DNA from: Candidatus Electrothrix sp. GW3-4
GTDB lineage: Bacteria > Desulfobacterota > Desulfobulbia > Desulfobulbales > Desulfobulbaceae
Assembly (NCBI RefSeq): GCF_037902255.1
Contig: NZ_CP147990.1
Location: 1,050,001 to 1,082,000 of the forward strand
Direction: 5' to 3'
Length of the DNA stretch: 32,000 nucleotides
In this document: positions 15,348-24,305 of the stretch, in pieces
Layout of the letters: each line of letters starts with the position of its first letter
Numbering within the stretch: the first letter of the stretch is position 1
Program-made: the position numbers and the translations under genes
Notes under the pieces: model-generated
Told to the model about the DNA's origin: nothing
Seen by the model: only the letters and a program-made list of their open reading frames with translations
Database searches by the model: none

Positions 15348-16226
15348 CTATTTCCGCAAGTCGCCGACTTCTCCCGCAGTCAGCCCGGTCATCTCTGCAA
15401 TCTCGTTATCGTCAAGTACACCTTTATTAATGATTTTCAGCGCAATCTCAACAGCTTTTCGCTGTTCTCCCTGCTTGGCACCTTTATTAATACCGGCTGT
15501 ATATGTGGATTCCACCATACTTGCCTGATAATGGAGGTCATCCTGATATCTTTCATAGGCCCGACGCTCTTCATCAGACAGCTTGAGAATATCCAGCTCC
15601 TGCTTGGCCTTCTTTATTCCTTTTGCCTTGAAATCGCTCTTGATCTCCTCGTTTTTCAGGAAATAAATCCACTCATCCAAGGTGTCTTTGGCGATATCGT
15701 CGAATTTATTGACCTTGATCAGGTAGTACTCCGGGAAAATTTCATGGAGCTTATCCTTTCCGTACAGCTCCTGCTGTTCATCAGAAAGCTGCAATACATC
15801 CTGTTCATGCAATCCTCGAAAAGAAGTGGTACCGTGATACACATAGTCGTCTCCGTGCCCCAGATCAAAGTAAAGAATATTGATCGAGATAACCTTGGCG
15901 ACCTTGGAATACGGGTTACTTTCGTGAAGATGCTCGGTGATCACCTTAGAGGTACCAAAGAGAATGCGTTGGAGGTAATCAAACTCCCGTTCGTACTGCA
16001 CTTCAATAATGATAAGCTCTTCCTTCTCGTTTTTTACCTTCAGGTCCACCCTGTTGAATTTATCGCGAGCATCTTCTTTATTGCCTTCACTTTCAAGGAG
16101 TTCCAGGATCCTGACATTTTCCATAAGGAGTTCACTGAGAAAGCCTTCCAGGATTTCAAAGTTGGCCTTGCTCCGCAGGAGTTTTTTCATGGCCCAGTCA
16201 AAGCTGATCAGTTTTCTTCGCGACAT
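15348..16226 (-). CDS. Rpn-family / PD-(D/E)XK (PDDEXK_2, TIGR01784-like) recombination-promoting nuclease / putative transposase, copy 1
   Basis: ISFDWAMKKLL...FLSELL...NRVDLKVKNEKEELIIIEVQYE...YLQRILFGTS...VISINILYFDL is the characteristic D...E-x-Q nuclease core and layout of this family. GGAGCC lies 5 nt upstream of the ATG. Confidence 0.8.
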   Translation of the reverse strand: MSRRKLISFDWAMKKLLRSKANFEILEGFLSELLMENVRILELLESEGNKEDARDKFNRVDLKVKNEKEELIIIEVQYEREFDYLQRILFGTSKVITEHLHESNPYSKVAKVISINILYFDLGHGDDYVYHGTTSFRGLHEQDVLQLSDEQQELYGKDKLHEIFPEYYLIKVNKFDDIAKDTLDEWIYFLKNEEIKSDFKAKGIKKAKQELDILKLSDEERRAYERYQDDLHYQASMVESTYTAGINKGAKQGEQRKAVEIALKIINKGVLDDNEIAEMTGLTAGEVGDLRK

Positions 16227-16317
16227 GTTCTGGCTCCATGTTTCAGGAAGTTATGAATTGAGTGTTTTTGTATAAATTTTCAATATTCCTGATGAAAAAA
16301 CAATAATGGGATGCAGG

Positions 16318-16914
16318 CTAGGGAAAGATCGCGCCATCGTTCCCGCCATGATTGGTCGTGCGATCAAACTCGTCTTCAATGATCAGGTATTTATCAAGAA
16401 CCTTATGGCCTAAACGGTTTGCATCAAGCTCCAGCTGTTGACACGTTCGTCGTGGCTTCATGTTGCGTATTTTCTCTTCAATTTCATTGGCAGCTCGTAC
16501 CCCAATATCTTTATGTCCATTTTCATGCTGCAATAAGGCCCTTAAATACCTTTCCCACTTGTTCACCAATGCCTTTGGCAATGGCGCTGATCTCTTTAAT
16601 TTTGGCAAAATATACTGGACATCTACCGTTGTGCTTACCTGGGTTATCCTGCATTGATCCTCTGATGCATTCCAGTGATACTTCCAATGAACAAGCCAAG
16701 TCGTATAGGCATCATATTTTTTTCCCTTCTCGTTCACTGGCGTCTTTCGGTCGAGATCGTTTCGTATCTCCCTTGCCGTGCTGCCACTGACTCTGTAGTA
16801 ATCTTTTGTTATATCGACGACTGGAGCTGATCTCGCAAGTACGGGCAAGCTCAGCAGCGAAATAATAGCTGCGAATACCAACATTATTCGCATTATTCGT
16901 TGTGGATATCTCAT
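16318..16914 (-). CDS. DUF922-type secreted Zn-metalloprotease-like protein
   Basis: N-terminal signal peptide MRIMLVFAAIISLLSLPVLARSAP, the YYRVSGST..., TTW...W motifs, and an HExxH-type site LQHENGHKDIG. Confidence 0.65.
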   Translation of the reverse strand: MRYPQRIMRIMLVFAAIISLLSLPVLARSAPVVDITKDYYRVSGSTAREIRNDLDRKTPVNEKGKKYDAYTTWLVHWKYHWNASEDQCRITQVSTTVDVQYILPKLKRSAPLPKALVNKWERYLRALLQHENGHKDIGVRAANEIEEKIRNMKPRRTCQQLELDANRLGHKVLDKYLIIEDEFDRTTNHGGNDGAIFP

Positions 16915-17059
16915 GCTCTTTCTGCCGTTTTTTCAAATTTATCCACGACCAATCCCGCTATCTCTGTGGAGTTCACTGAGAAAAAATAGTATTGCAAAGT
17001 TGATTGCTTTGCCTTGGAGTATGTTTTTCTCCTGAGATGGTTGAAACCAGCAAGCCGAG

Positions 17060-17953
17060 CTACTGTCTCCGCCACTTTCCAACCTCTTCTTCAGGCAACC
17101 CTGTCATCTCTGAGATGTTTTTATCATCAAGTCCCCCCTGTTCTATGAGCTTCCGCGTGATCTCAACCGCTTTCTGCTCCTCGCCCTTTCTCATCCCCTG
17201 CTTGATACCCTTCATTACGCCAAAGGTATACGAGAATTCCACCATACTCTCCTGATAATGCAGATGATCCTGATATCTGTCGTAGGTCCGGTACTCCTCG
17301 TCTGAAAGTCTTGCAACATCAAGCTCCTGCTTGGCCCTCTTTATCCCTTTGGCCTGGAAATTATCTCTGATCTCTCTGTTCTTAAAAAAGTAGATCCACT
17401 CGTCCAGAGTGCCCTTGATAACATTGTCGAACTTTTTGATTTTGATCAAATAATGTTCAGGAATAAGTGCATGTATTGTACTTCTTCCGTACAGCTCCCG
17501 CTGCTCACTGGAGAGCTCCAGCAGGTCCTGACTGTGCAGGCCCCGGAAAGAGGTGGTGCCATGATAGACATAATCATCACCATGGCCCAGGTCGAAGGAA
17601 AGAAGAGTTATCGAGATAACCTTGGCCACCTTGGCGTAGGGTGCGCTTTCGTGAAGATGCTCTGAGACAATCTTGGACGTACCAAAGAGGATGCGCTGTA
17701 AATAATCAAACTCCCGCTCGTACTGGATTTCGATGATAAGTATTTTTTCCTTATCATTTTTGACCTTCAGGCCTACCTGGTTGAATTTATCACACGCATC
17801 GTGCTTATTGCTGTCGCTTTCAAGGAGCTTCAGGATAGTGATGTCCTCCATGAGGAGCTCGCTGAGAAAACCTTCCAGTATTTCAAAGTTGGCCTTGCTC
17901 CGCAGGAGCTTTTTCATGGCCCAGTCAAAGCTGATCAATTTTCGTTGGGGCAT
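17060..17953 (-). CDS. Rpn-family / PD-(D/E)XK nuclease / putative transposase, copy 2 (paralog of 15348..16226)
   Basis: It aligns colinearly with copy 1 over its whole length (MPQRKLISFDWAMKKLLRSKANFEILEGFLSELLME...). The start is placed at ATG 17953 (GGAGAG 5 nt upstream) rather than 17965. Confidence 0.8.
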   Translation of the reverse strand: MPQRKLISFDWAMKKLLRSKANFEILEGFLSELLMEDITILKLLESDSNKHDACDKFNQVGLKVKNDKEKILIIEIQYEREFDYLQRILFGTSKIVSEHLHESAPYAKVAKVISITLLSFDLGHGDDYVYHGTTSFRGLHSQDLLELSSEQRELYGRSTIHALIPEHYLIKIKKFDNVIKGTLDEWIYFFKNREIRDNFQAKGIKRAKQELDVARLSDEEYRTYDRYQDHLHYQESMVEFSYTFGVMKGIKQGMRKGEEQKAVEITRKLIEQGGLDDKNISEMTGLPEEEVGKWRRQ

Positions 17954-18308
17954 TTTTCTCTCCATTTTTTGGATCGTATAATGCTGCTATTTCACCCATT
18001 CATCGCAGCCATAATGCCATGCTTGCAAGGAAAAAGCAATTGGACAGCGCCTCTTTTTATTTCCTGTTGTTCCTTATGTTCCGGTTCTCAGCAATACTGT
18101 TGCTGGGAGATAAAGGGGGAGGGCGATGTTTCTCTGTCCATGGTGTGTCCGGGATGCAGGTGTAATAAAGAGATATCATTAGAGGTGTTATTTATTGTGA
18201 AGAAATATCAAACCCTGCTGGTGAAAAGGCTGTACATAAAATGTAAAATTTTGTACGGTGGCCGAAATAGAATTCTGCCGCAGGGAAAAAATGTTAAGGA
18301 TTGGAAAG

Positions 18309-18422
18309 ATGGAACCTCGTGAAGCGATCCGCATATTGATGCTCAGCCCTTTTTATTTTCGGATGACCGTTAAGCAACGGTTGGAATTGATAAAGTATTA
18401 TTGTCGAGAAATCAAGCAGTAA
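18309..18422 (+). CDS. 37-aa hypothetical small ORF
   Basis: MEPREAIRILMLSPFYFRMTVKQRLELIKYYCREIKQ. AAGGA lies 8 nt upstream of the ATG. I recognise no family. Confidence 0.2.
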   Translation: MEPREAIRILMLSPFYFRMTVKQRLELIKYYCREIKQ

Positions 18423-18684
18423 TCCTTGTTTTATCCTGTCTGGATATCTGTTACGTCACTCGTTGCGAATACCCCCTTCTTCTCTCTTTTTTTTACCTTT
18501 CCTGCCAGGAAAAATGAGCGGTGAATCGCCTTGGTCTGTGGTGGAATTTTTCCTGAACTGTTTTTGAAAAGCGTTCCCAGGGTGCTGGGCGATCTTGACA
18601 CACTCTGAAGACCGTATAGAGCGGCAGGCAACGAGCTGTCCCTGGAGGACAAGCAGTATGGAGGAACCTGGGCAGGAAAGAGGA

Positions 18685-19167
18685 ATGTATACTCCTATTG
18701 TGGGAACACTGGGCTATATCCTCTCCCCGGACGCAGAAAAGGTATTACTTGTTCACCGCAATGCCCGAGAGAATGACCAGCATCTGGGCAAGTATAACGG
18801 GTTGGGCGGCAAGATGCAGGCTGATGAGGATGTGTACAGTTGCATGGTACGGGAGATCAGAGAAGAGGCCGGTATTGTCTGTCAAGAGATGCAGCTGCGC
18901 GGTACCATCAGCTGGCCGGGCTTCGGTCCTGACGGTGAGCATTGGCTGGGCTTTATTTTCTTGATTACCTCCTTTGCTGGGGTGCCGCGAAGATATAATG
19001 AGGAAGGAGAACTTGCCTGGCATCGCTTGGATAAACTGGGAGAGCTTCCTATGTGGGAAGGAGATCGCTATTTTCTCCCTCTGGTCTTTGACAAAGATCC
19101 TCTCCCGTTTCATGGACATATGCCCTACAAGAAAGGACGTCCTGTGAGCTGGCAATATTTTCGCTAG
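18685..19167 (+). CDS. NUDIX hydrolase (MutT-like)
   Basis: Nudix box GGKMQADEDVYSCMVREIREEAGI. The start is placed at ATG 18685 (AGGAAAGAGGA immediately upstream); ATG 18658 is an alternative. Confidence 0.8.
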   Translation: MYTPIVGTLGYILSPDAEKVLLVHRNARENDQHLGKYNGLGGKMQADEDVYSCMVREIREEAGIVCQEMQLRGTISWPGFGPDGEHWLGFIFLITSFAGVPRRYNEEGELAWHRLDKLGELPMWEGDRYFLPLVFDKDPLPFHGHMPYKKGRPVSWQYFR

Positions 19168-19336
19168 CAGGAAAAAATCATTATACGGGGGCGGGAAAAG
19201 CCCTTGCGTTTGCCTGCACGAGCTGGTAAGTATAGAGTCGGTAGGAGGCAGCTGCCTTTAAAACGAATTAAAAGAATTGCTTTGGTCGCTTCATGTCGAC
19301 CTTGTATATAGAGAGATATAAAAAAAGGACTAACGA

Positions 19337-19648
19337 ATGGATAACGAAGAGTTTGTTCGTTTAGAACAGCTTGTCGACACCCTGATTGATAATTACAGTA
19401 GCTTGCAAAAGAAATATTGCGTTCTTGAAGAGAAACTCCATGAGAGTGAGGAAGAACGCGAACTCTTAAAGATGGAACTTGCCGAACTGCAGGAACAGCG
19501 TTCTGAGGTGGGGCGTCGAGTATCGGGTCTGCTTGGGCGCATAGAACAATGGGAGTCTGAACAGGGATTCGGCGAGCAGGCAGAGAATGAGCAGAGGGGT
19601 GAAGAAAATAACGAGCTGTCAGATTCTGCTCCCCCTTTGAACTACTGA
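19337..19648 (+). CDS. zapB: ZapB-like coiled-coil cell-division protein
   Basis: FVRLEQLVDTLIDNYSSLQKK...LLGRIEQWE parallels E. coli ZapB ([21 protein letters not shown]...LLGRMEEV). It lies immediately upstream of zapA. Confidence 0.55.
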   Translation: MDNEEFVRLEQLVDTLIDNYSSLQKKYCVLEEKLHESEEERELLKMELAELQEQRSEVGRRVSGLLGRIEQWESEQGFGEQAENEQRGEENNELSDSAPPLNY

Positions 19649-19670
19649 ATAAAAACGCTATCCACTGGAT

Positions 19671-19982
19671 ATGGAAGAGCGCCTTATCAGTTTTACCCTT
19701 TATGGGCAGGAGTTTTCGTTTTATAGCGATGTACCTGATGACGAGGTGCAAGAGGCGGTTTCCATTCTGCGTCAGGAGTTGGGAGAGCCTGAGCGGTGTG
19801 GTCCTACAGCCACTGTTCCATCCAGTACGCTGTTGGTTCTGGCCTGTTTGCGGATAGCTGCTCGGCATGTGAGTTTGCAACGAGACTTTGACCGGTTTTA
19901 TGCTGAGCGGAAAAAATATAAAGGGAGAAATGAGTTGATGTTAGGGCTTATTGAACGAGTTACGACAGCACTGGATACGTGA
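19671..19982 (+). CDS. zapA: cell division protein ZapA
   Basis: 103 aa. ISFTLYGQEFSFYSDVPDDEVQEAVSILRQEL...LLVLACLRIAARHV follows the ZapA pattern (beta N-terminus, then a long helix). Confidence 0.7.
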   Translation: MEERLISFTLYGQEFSFYSDVPDDEVQEAVSILRQELGEPERCGPTATVPSSTLLVLACLRIAARHVSLQRDFDRFYAERKKYKGRNELMLGLIERVTTALDT

Positions 19983-20027
19983 GTTGTTTTTTCCTTTTCT
20001 CTCTTTGGGTTTTAGATTAGAATATTG

Positions 20028-20197
20028 AGTTTCCCTGCGCTGCTTGTGATCAGCGGAGTATTGAGCCAACTCTCATTGATAGGGTGACTTCCCTGCTGCA
20101 TGCTGGAAAACTTCATTGATTTCCTAACTGTGGTATAAGTCGCCCACCTATTTTATAGGTTTAATCATTGCGTTGACACGGCAGGGCGGGGATTTTT
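20028..20197 (+). ncRNA. ssrS: candidate 6S RNA (ssrS); ends approximate
   Basis: It lies directly downstream of zapA, as in E. coli. Long-range pairings are CCCUGC (20033-38) with GCAGGG (20181-86), and GGGUGACUU (20082-90) with AAGUCGCCC (20137-45). Small hairpins sit on each strand of the intervening bubble: GAGU..ACUC, and CCUAU-UUU-AUAGG at 20147-59. The 3' end has a GGGGAUUUUU run. Confidence 0.45.
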
Positions 20198-20694
20198 CTT
20201 GCAGCGGTTTTCGGGGGCCGTTGGCAGTATGCATTGCATGTTGCATTGCCCCGTTGTATAGAAATCCTTGGACGCATTGATAGATGTCCAAGGGGTTCCG
20301 GTGCGGCAGGAAGGGCTCCGGAGAAGTTAGGTCTGCTTCAAAATAGGGGCGTTTTCCGGCGCAATGTCCGGAGGAAAGGGGAGATCCTGCTTCGGTCTTT
20401 GCTGTTATGATCCACCGGTTTTTTAACGGATATATATTCTTCCGATCTGTAAAGATTTTTTAATATAATGTCTTTTCGCAGCGCATTCAGCTGCGTCCTT
20501 TTGATCCGTTTGAAAGCAGATTTCCATCGACCTCCCTTGTTGATGTATTGCTTCTTCTCTTCTCCGCTCCAAGTTTCTTGCTGTTTTTTAATGTAATATT
20601 GATAAGTTATTGAATAGGTGTGTCGTTTTTGCCGCTTAGGTGCGTGCTCTGCGGTTCACTTTCAATACAGCATAACAGAGCAGGTAAATATACT

Positions 20695-22260
20695 ATGATG
20701 ATGAGTGGTGTGGCAGTACTTCTCTTTGTTCTGGCATTAATAGCCGGGGGCGCTGTTGGTTTTGTGCTGAGAAAGAAGTTTGTTGAGGGAAATCAGGCGG
20801 ACATTGAAGGGCAGGGACGTCTGATTGTTGAAAATGCTATCCAGGAAGCTGAGCAGATCAAGAAAGAACGTCTGCTGCAGGTGAAAGAGGACATCTATCA
20901 GGCAAAAAAAGAGGCCGAAGAGGAAATAAAGGAATCCCGGAAAGGACTGAAGGACGAGCAGCGCAGACTTGATCTGAAGCTTGACAAGGTCCATGATGAG
21001 CTTAATGATCTGAAGAGAAAAGAGTCTGGGCTCCAGGGCAGAGAAAAAAAGATCAACGGACGCGAACAAGGAGTTGTTGAGCGGGAAAAGGAGTTGACCT
21101 CCCTTATTGACCAACAACGCTACGAGCTGGAGAATATCTCTGGAATAACCCGTGAGCAGGCCAAAGAGCGGCTCATGGATTCCATAGAAAGCGAAGCGCG
21201 GATGGATGCGGCCAAGCGCCTGAGCCGGATTGAAAACGAGATGAAGCTTGAGGCCGACCGTAAAGGCAAGAACATCCTTGCGCTGGCCATTGCCCGTTAT
21301 GCTGGTGATTATGTTGCCGATAAAACGGTCTCCATGGTACCGCTTCCCAGTGATGAAATGAAGGGACGGATTATCGGCCGGGAAGGGCGAAATATTCGGG
21401 CTATTGAGGCGGCAACAGGGATTGACATTATTATTGACGATACCCCGGAGGCTGTGATTCTCTCCGGCTTCAATCCCATCCGCCGTGAGGTGGCCCGGCA
21501 GTCGCTGATTCAGCTGATCTCCGACGGTAGAATTCATCCTGCCCGGATCGAAGAGGTGGTTGCCAAGGTGACTGATGAGCTGGATGTGGAGATCAAAGAG
21601 GTGGGTGAACAGGCTACTTTTGATGTCAATGCTCACGGTATGCATGTAGAATTGGTGAACCTGATCGGACGTCTGAAATACCGAACCAGCTATGGTCAGA
21701 ATATTCTCCAGCATTCCTTGGAAGTGGCGTTTCTTTGCGGCGTTATGGCGGCAGAACTGGGCCTGGATGTGAAAAAGGCCAAACGGGCCGGTCTCCTCCA
21801 TGATATCGGTAAGGCCGTGGACCACGAGGTAGAGGGCTCGCATGCGATCATCGGTCGTGATCTGGTGAAAAAATATGGTGAGGCCGAGGATATTGTCTAT
21901 GCCGTCGGCGCTCATCACGAAGATCTTCCCCCGAAAAGCGTGCTTGATGTCCTGGTGCAATCAGCAGATGCCCTGTCCGGGGCCCGTCCTGGGGCCCGAA
22001 AAGAGATGCTCCAGAGCTATGTGAAGCGGTTAGAAGACCTTGAGAAGATTGCTAACGCCTTTGAAGGGGTTGAGAAATCTTATGCCGTGCAGGCGGGTCG
22101 GGATTTGCGGATTATCGTGGATAGCCAAAAGGTCCATGATGATGAGGCCATGCTGATGAGCCGTGATATTGCCAAATCCATTGAAGAGCAGCTGACCTAT
22201 CCTGGGCAGATTCGAGTAACGGTTATTCGGGAAACCCGGGCTGTTGAGTACGCGAAATAA
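20695..22260 (+). CDS. rny: ribonuclease Y
   Basis: N-terminal TM helix [18 protein letters not shown], a long charged coiled coil, KH domain [15 protein letters not shown], and HD domain HSLEVAFL...GLLHDIGK. The start is at ATGATGATG 20695 rather than the alternative-codon start at 20620. Confidence 0.92.
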   Translation: MMMSGVAVLLFVLALIAGGAVGFVLRKKFVEGNQADIEGQGRLIVENAIQEAEQIKKERLLQVKEDIYQAKKEAEEEIKESRKGLKDEQRRLDLKLDKVHDELNDLKRKESGLQGREKKINGREQGVVEREKELTSLIDQQRYELENISGITREQAKERLMDSIESEARMDAAKRLSRIENEMKLEADRKGKNILALAIARYAGDYVADKTVSMVPLPSDEMKGRIIGREGRNIRAIEAATGIDIIIDDTPEAVILSGFNPIRREVARQSLIQLISDGRIHPARIEEVVAKVTDELDVEIKEVGEQATFDVNAHGMHVELVNLIGRLKYRTSYGQNILQHSLEVAFLCGVMAAELGLDVKKAKRAGLLHDIGKAVDHEVEGSHAIIGRDLVKKYGEAEDIVYAVGAHHEDLPPKSVLDVLVQSADALSGARPGARKEMLQSYVKRLEDLEKIANAFEGVEKSYAVQAGRDLRIIVDSQKVHDDEAMLMSRDIAKSIEEQLTYPGQIRVTVIRETRAVEYAK

Positions 22261-22354
22261 AACTTGGTAAGGATAGAGTCCTTTTCGTCCTGGCGGGGGC
22301 GGCGAGGGCGTTCATTTACACCACCCAGCACCCGGTGCGAAGCAAGAAAGGGCG

Positions 22355-23584
22355 ATGATTATGAAATCCGTTGAGGAACAAAGAGCACTCATAGAACGTG
22401 GCTGTGCTGAGCTTATTTCCAGGGAGGACCTGGAAAAGAAGCTCAAAAACGCCATTGAGAAGGATGAACCCCTGGTTGTTAAGGCAGGCTTTGATCCCAC
22501 GGCGCCTGACCTCCATCTGGGGCATACGGTGTTATTACAGAAGTTGCGCCATTTTCAGCAGCTCGGTCATACCGTTAACTTTCTCATCGGTGATTTCACC
22601 GGCCTGATCGGCGATCCGACCGGAAAATCAGAAACCCGACCGCCGTTGACCCGCGACGATATTGCCCGTAACGCCGAGACCTATAAACAGCAGGTCTTTA
22701 AAATCCTGGATCCGGCAAAGACCACCGTGGTCTTTAACTCGGCATGGCTTGGTGAGCTTTCTTCGTATGAGATGGTTCATCTGGCCTCTGAGCTGACCGT
22801 CGCCCGTATGCTCGAACGGGATGATTTTAAGAAACGTTTTGATGCCCATCGCCCCATCTCCATTCATGAGTTCTTCTACCCCCTGATTCAGGGCTATGAC
22901 TCTGTTGCCCTCAAGGCGGATGTGGAGCTGGGTGGGACCGATCAGCTTTTCAATCTGCTCATGGGCAGGGAAATGCAGCGTTCCCGTGGAATTGCGCCCC
23001 AGGTTGTCCTGACCATGCCGCTGCTGGAGGGCCTGGATGGGGTCAACAAGATGAGCAAATCGCTGGGGAACTACATTGGTATTTCCGAATCAGCAGATGA
23101 TATTTTTGGCAAGGTCCTTTCCATGAGCGATGAGCTCATGTTCCGCTATTATGAACTGCTCAGTGATCTGGCCCTGGAAGAGATCCAACAGCTGAAGCAG
23201 GATATGGAACAGGGCAAGGTCCATCCCAAGGCCGTCAAAGTACAGCTTGGCAAGGAATTGGTGGCACGCTTCCATGATCAAGAGGCGGCAGATGCGGCGG
23301 AAAAGAACTTTGAGCAGATCTTTAAGCGCCATGAGCTCCCTGACGAGATCCCGGAAAAACATCTCACCGTGAAAGGCGACGCAATATGGCTGCCCAAACT
23401 CCTGCTGGAAGCTGGTCTGGTGCAATCGACCTCAGATGGCCGGCGAATGGTCAAGCAGAACGCTGTCTCTGTGAACGGTGATAAGGTCGCTGATGTGAAC
23501 GCTGAGATCCCCACCGATGCAGAGGTGCTGCTCAAGGTCGGAAAGCGTCGTTTTTGTACGGTCTCCTTTTCGCTCTCCTCCTGA
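22355..23584 (+). CDS. tyrS: tyrosine--tRNA ligase (type 2, with C-terminal S4 domain)
   Basis: HIGH-type motif [29 protein letters not shown], and an S4-like C-terminus [25 protein letters not shown]. Confidence 0.9.
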   Translation: MIMKSVEEQRALIERGCAELISREDLEKKLKNAIEKDEPLVVKAGFDPTAPDLHLGHTVLLQKLRHFQQLGHTVNFLIGDFTGLIGDPTGKSETRPPLTRDDIARNAETYKQQVFKILDPAKTTVVFNSAWLGELSSYEMVHLASELTVARMLERDDFKKRFDAHRPISIHEFFYPLIQGYDSVALKADVELGGTDQLFNLLMGREMQRSRGIAPQVVLTMPLLEGLDGVNKMSKSLGNYIGISESADDIFGKVLSMSDELMFRYYELLSDLALEEIQQLKQDMEQGKVHPKAVKVQLGKELVARFHDQEAADAAEKNFEQIFKRHELPDEIPEKHLTVKGDAIWLPKLLLEAGLVQSTSDGRRMVKQNAVSVNGDKVADVNAEIPTDAEVLLKVGKRRFCTVSFSLSS

Positions 23585-23631
23585 CGAATAAAAACGCAGG
23601 AAGAGGAGCAAGAGAATGAAGGCTCGCAGGC

Positions 23632-24081
23632 TCATGTTGCGTTAGAAGAAGCTACATCGGCCTCCCTTAGCTTTGCTTGCGCCTTTTGACAGGACGGGCA
23701 TTCACCTGTGAATTCGACGTGATGCCCTAAAATTTTATAGGTGGTTTTTTCGCTGGCATTTTCCGTTATCTGTTCCTGGACGGCAACAGTGAGGTCCTCC
23801 ATTTTTCCGCAGACCGAACAGCGAACATGGTAATGGGGATCGGTTGTGGCGTCAAAACGTTTTTGCGCCCCCCCGAGCTCAAGCTTCAGTATCATGCCGG
23901 AATCAGCCATGAGTTCGAGATTTCTGTACACCGTGCCCAGCCCTATTCTGGGGAGCCGTTTTCTGACCATCTCATACAGTTCACAGGCCGTTGGGTGGCT
24001 GTTGACCTTGGAGAGTTCTTCAAGCAGAATTTGCCGCTGCGTGGTCAGGCGAATCATGGATTCAGGAGCATTCATAATCAT
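23632..24081 (-). CDS. Fur-family metalloregulator (Fur/Zur/PerR type)
   Basis: Winged-helix N-terminus (TTQRQILLEEL...HPTACELYEMV...IGLGTVYRNLELM), HYHVRCSVCG ... ECPSC (two CxxC pairs). Confidence 0.85.
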   Translation of the reverse strand: MIMNAPESMIRLTTQRQILLEELSKVNSHPTACELYEMVRKRLPRIGLGTVYRNLELMADSGMILKLELGGAQKRFDATTDPHYHVRCSVCGKMEDLTVAVQEQITENASEKTTYKILGHHVEFTGECPSCQKAQAKLREADVASSNAT

Positions 24082-24106
24082 TCTCTTTGGTTAATGGAAA
24101 ACGATA

Positions 24107-24131
24107 CGCCTCAATCTGTTTTGTTGAGGCG
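24107..24131 (-). terminator. terminator/attenuator-like hairpin in the leader of the Fur-family gene
   Basis: 8-bp stem CGCCTCAA/TTGAGGCG with a 9-nt loop. On the minus strand it is followed by UAUCGUUUUCC, an imperfect U-tract. It lies 26 nt upstream of the start codon. Confidence 0.3.
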
Positions 24132-24305
24132 GGTACCCTACCGGTCTTCTCGCCTGGAGCAAGGGAGGTGGAGCGTGCAAGGGGCTTGGTACGAGCGTAC
24201 TACGGGCCTGCGTATTCAAATAACAGACGCTGCTGTCCTCTCATAGAATGGAAACGGCACAACACAATGTAGTATGCCGTTGGGCAGCAAGTCGAGAATT
24301 TCCAT

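Noticed and set aside
15531-16256. A 241-aa plus-strand ORF opposite Rpn copy 1, and similar ORFs at 28001..28780 opposite glgP and 26288..26824 opposite the radical SAM gene.
   Set aside because: They are antisense shadows of genes with clear family motifs on the other strand.
19164-19880. A 238-aa minus-strand ORF spanning the zapB-like/zapA region.
   Set aside because: It overlaps two well-supported plus-strand genes and an intergenic region. Its composition is odd (P/R/S/Q-rich) and it has no RBS.
20620-20694. A 25-codon upstream extension of RNase Y ([25 protein letters not shown]).
   Set aside because: It starts at a non-ATG codon. RNase Y proteins begin with the TM helix, which here follows ATGATGATG at 20695.
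20737-21960. A 407-aa minus-strand ORF opposite rny.
   Set aside because: It is antisense to a gene with unmistakable RNase Y KH and HD motifs. Its translation has no motifs.
23827-24272. Plus-strand ORFs of 139, 82 and 61 aa over the Fur-family gene and its leader.
   Set aside because: They are antisense to the Fur-family CDS or lie in its leader. They have no RBS and no motifs.
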